Shown here: piece after piece, positions 60,990 to 64,000 of the stretch
Numbering within the stretch: position 1 is the first letter of the stretch
Layout of the letters: each line of letters starts with the position of its first letter
Notes under the pieces: generated by a model
What the model saw: the letters and a program-made list of their open reading frames with translations, nothing else
Database searches by the model: none
What the model was told of the DNA's origin: nothing
Assembly (NCBI RefSeq): GCF_006345805.1
Contig: NC_043009.1
Coordinates: 63,860,001-63,924,000 of the forward strand
Direction: 5' to 3'
Source of the DNA: Octopus sinensis
Taxonomy: Eukaryota
DNA length: 64,000 bases
Translations under genes and position numbers: made by a program

Positions 60990-61195
60990 TGCACACATGC
61001 ACACATGCACACACACATATATGACAGGCTTCTTACAGTTTCCGTCTACCAAATCCACTCACAAGACTTTGATTGGCCCGAGACTATAGTAGAAGACACT
61101 TGCCCAAGGTGTCACAAAGTGAGACTGAACCCAGAACCATGTGGTTGGGAAGCAAGCTACTTACCACACTGCCACACCTGTGCCTATACATATTT
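60700..61195 (-). mobile_element. Full-length SINE-C
   Basis: Tail TTTTACTTGTTTCAGTCA through head CTTACCACACTGCCACACC. Confidence 0.85.
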
Positions 61196-61470
61196 TACAT
61201 ATGTGTGTATGTGCATGAGAAGAGAAAAGAACTCAATACAGAAGTAAAGTGTAAATATTTATTTGTGTGTTGAGATGAATCTCAGCAGACAAATGGATAT
61301 ATAATTGACTGACTGAGAAACTGGTGATGTATGGGTGAGACATTTTTAGTTGAGAGAGGAGAGATTAGTAGAGGGAGCAGGGAGAGAACAATGGCAAGGG
61401 GCCTGGAAGAAGAACAGTGATGTGAGAGGGAAGTTGGTATTAGATAGATGGAGAGAGATATATACATAAG

Positions 61471-61685
61471 ACGGCGAGCTGGCAGAAATGTTAGCACGCT
61501 GGGCGAAATGCTTAACGGTATTTCGTCTGTCTTTATGTTCTGAGTTCAAATTCCACCGAGGTTGACTTTGCCTTTCATCCTTTCGGGGTCGATAAATTAA
61601 GTACCAGTTGTGTACTGAGGTTGATCTAATCAACTGGCCCCCCATCTCCCAAAATTTCGGGCCTTGTGCCTAGAGTAGAAAAGAA
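61471..61685 (+). mobile_element. SINE-D monomer (D2 tail)
   Basis: GACGGCGAGCTGGCAGAAATGTTAGC...GGCCTTGTGCCTAGAGTAGAAAAG. Confidence 0.85.
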
Positions 61686-62306
61686 GAGAGATAGTGGTAG
61701 AGAGAAGAGGGATAGTGATAATGAGAGAAGAGGGTGAGAGGGAAGCAGAAGTAGAGAGTAAGATGTGGAGAGATGGAGGTAAATAAGGGGGAGACACTGA
61801 TAGACGGGCAGGGGAGAGGCAGTGGTGGATGATGAGGGATACAAGGTTAGAAGGAATGAAGGAGAGATTGGGGTAGAGAGAGAGAAAGGACTAGAAGGCT
61901 AGAGAGAAAGAAGAGGAGAGAGCGGTAGATAAAGAGAGATGAATACAAGCTTAGAGAGAAAGGAGGAGAGGTGGAGGGTAGGGAAAAAAGAGGGAATGGT
62001 AGTGGTAAAGAGAGGGAGAGGCAGAGGTAAGAGGGGAAAGAGAAAGAAAGAGAGGTGAGGGGTTAAACGCTTGGTGAACAAACAAAAAGATAAAACCTAC
62101 AAATAAACAAACCCACCCCACAGCCCCTGTGGCGGGGGTGGTGGGGGTGGAGTGGGAAGTTACAAAGGTAAATGTGTTTTTCTCCTGAAAAGGTATTCAT
62201 TGTTTATTTTAAGGTTCGACTGTCAGACATTGATATTAATTATATTAAGAGGATTAGATGAGAGTAATTAGCATTAGCTAATCCTCTCACCTCATCTCAC
62301 CTGTAG

Positions 62307-62350
62307 TTCTTCTGAGTCAGACAAACGTCTTATTAATGGAATTTTCAGGG
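62307..62350 (+). other. Candidate 44-nt exon
   Basis: CTAAT branch-like site, TCCTCTCACCTCATCTCACCTGTAG acceptor, GGG|GTAAGT donor; two frames open (SSESDKRLINGIFR or LLSQTNVLLMEFSG). Confidence 0.35.
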
Positions 62351-63067
62351 GTAAGTTTATCTTACAGCTCCCTTGAACTCTGTGTGTATCATATAATTAA
62401 CTACAGGCTATATATACATACATGCATGTATATATCTATATATATATATATATATATATATATCAAAAGGATGTGTTATAATACTTATTCCACAGCCATA
62501 CCAACAATCCAACACATACGTCTATCATCGGCTGTCCAACGGATATCATTACAGTTTCGACACCTGAGCAGTACCATTCAATCCGGTGGTGTCAAGATAT
62601 ATATATGTATGTATGTATGCGTGTATGCATGTATGCATGTATGTATGTATGTATATATAATATATATATATATACATATATGTATAATATATATAGAGAG
62701 AGGGGGAGGGGGAGGAAGAATAAATGGAAATAATGGGTTATATACATATATTTGTTTATTATAGGCTTACAGCTGTTTCAGATATGCGTTTGGGTGTGTT
62801 CATGGTTCTATTTTATCAATTGATCGACTGATTGATTAAATATAAAGAGAATCACCCTCACAATAATATCCTTGTTAAGGCCAAAGAAATATATAATATT
62901 TATATGGCTGGATGCTTTTCCTGTCAACAACATTCACCTGTTTCCAAGCAGCATAACGTTTCTCCATAACCAAACATGTTTTCATGTTAAGTTCATAAAC
63001 AATAGACACTGCTTGTATGACAGGGACTCTTGTTTACAACTATCATGCAACGTCAAGAAAAGGACAC

Positions 63068-63485
63068 ACAACCACTCGGCTACTCATCCACACAGCCACT
63101 CAGCCACACAGCCACTTAGCCACACAGCCACTCAGTCACTCAGCTACTCAGTCACACAGCCACATAACCACTTGTCCAGACAGCCACTCGGCCACTCAGC
63201 CACACAGCCACTCGGCCACTCAGCTACTCAGCCACTCAGCCACTCAGCCACACCACCACTCAGCCACTCAGCCACTCAGCCACTCAGCCACTCAGCCACA
63301 CAGCCACTCAGCCACACAGCCGCTCAGCCACTCAGCCACACAGCGGCTCAGCCACACAGCCACACCACCACTCAGCCACTCAGCCACACAGCAGCTCAGC
63401 CACACAGCCACACCACCACTCAGCCACTCAGCTACTCAGCCACTCAGCCACTCAGCCACTCAGCCACTCAGCCACACAGCCACAC
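63068..63485. repeat. 8-bp minisatellite CAGCCAC(T/A), about 50 units
   Basis: Direct reading. Confidence 0.9.
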
Positions 63486-63719
63486 CTGCACCAAAAGTAT
63501 ATTTTAATTAAGTAAAACCAAGAAAGATATTTCTTAGCCTTGAATAATATGCCAATTGCTTTTGACTTTTTAAAGATATTATGATATTTCAGTATTTTAG
63601 ATATTGAGGAAGAGAATTAGAAAAGTTACCGGACTGTTTGGCAGAGAGCTTTGTGGTATTTATTCTGGCTCTCTACCCAAATGCCGCAAAGGTCAACATT
63701 TACTTTCATTCTTTCTCAG

Positions 63720-63792
63720 TCTATAAAACAAAATGTTAGTCAAAGATGGTGGATTGATAATATTATTGGAACCACACAGGAGATACTTTCTG
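63720..63792 (+). other. Candidate 73-nt exon (SIKQNVSQRWWIDNIIGTTQEILS)
   Basis: TTTCATTCTTTCTCAG acceptor, CTG|GTATTT donor (weaker), open frame. Confidence 0.25.
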
Positions 63793-64000
63793 GTATTTAT
63801 CTTAATTCTTTGTGTTCTGACAAAAACAACAACAACAACAACAACAACTATGACAACACCAGTGCCAAGTGGTATGAGCCCTGTCTTTTTCTTTCTTTTT
63901 TCAGTGGTTTGGAGAAAGAGAGAGCACAGCCAATCCAGCCGATCCAGCTAATCCAGCCATCTGTGATCCAACACAGTCACAAGAGACACAGAGATAGGAG

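Noticed and set aside
62872-63511. Ser/His/Ala/Thr-rich repetitive ORFs
   Set aside because: 8-bp unit is not a multiple of 3; open frames are a by-product of stop-free repeat composition.

Overview
Eukaryotic, AT-rich (microsatellite-dense) and almost entirely non-coding DNA. The repeat families look like an Octopus-type cephalopod genome (inference from my recognition of the repeats, not from a search). I could not identify an intact protein-coding gene, rRNA, real tRNA gene or CRISPR array. Nearly all long ORFs in the track are microsatellite read-throughs. The window is a mosaic of: (i) three tRNA-derived SINE families, which I label SINE-B (CORE/V-like domains), SINE-C (internal microsatellite) and SINE-D (Deu/Nin-like domain); (ii) many 5'-truncated RTE LINE 3' ends with (GAT)n tails plus decayed RTE EN/RT pieces; (iii) CR1, Tx1/L1 and Penelope-like remnants; (iv) mariner, piggyBac-like, Ginger-like and unclassified fold-back MITEs; (v) many micro/minisatellites and one 100-N gap. 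A few isolated splice-site-bounded segments may be exons of a large-intron gene or lncRNA, but this is unproven. Most interesting signals: SINE-D concatemers with one fixed junction, a single flanking TSD and an AATAAA>AGTAAA change; a SINE-D 3' tail shared with a Tx1-type LINE lying in the same window; hammerhead-ribozyme-like motifs with palindromic helix III in Penelope-like ends; and an asymmetric fold-back element present twice.
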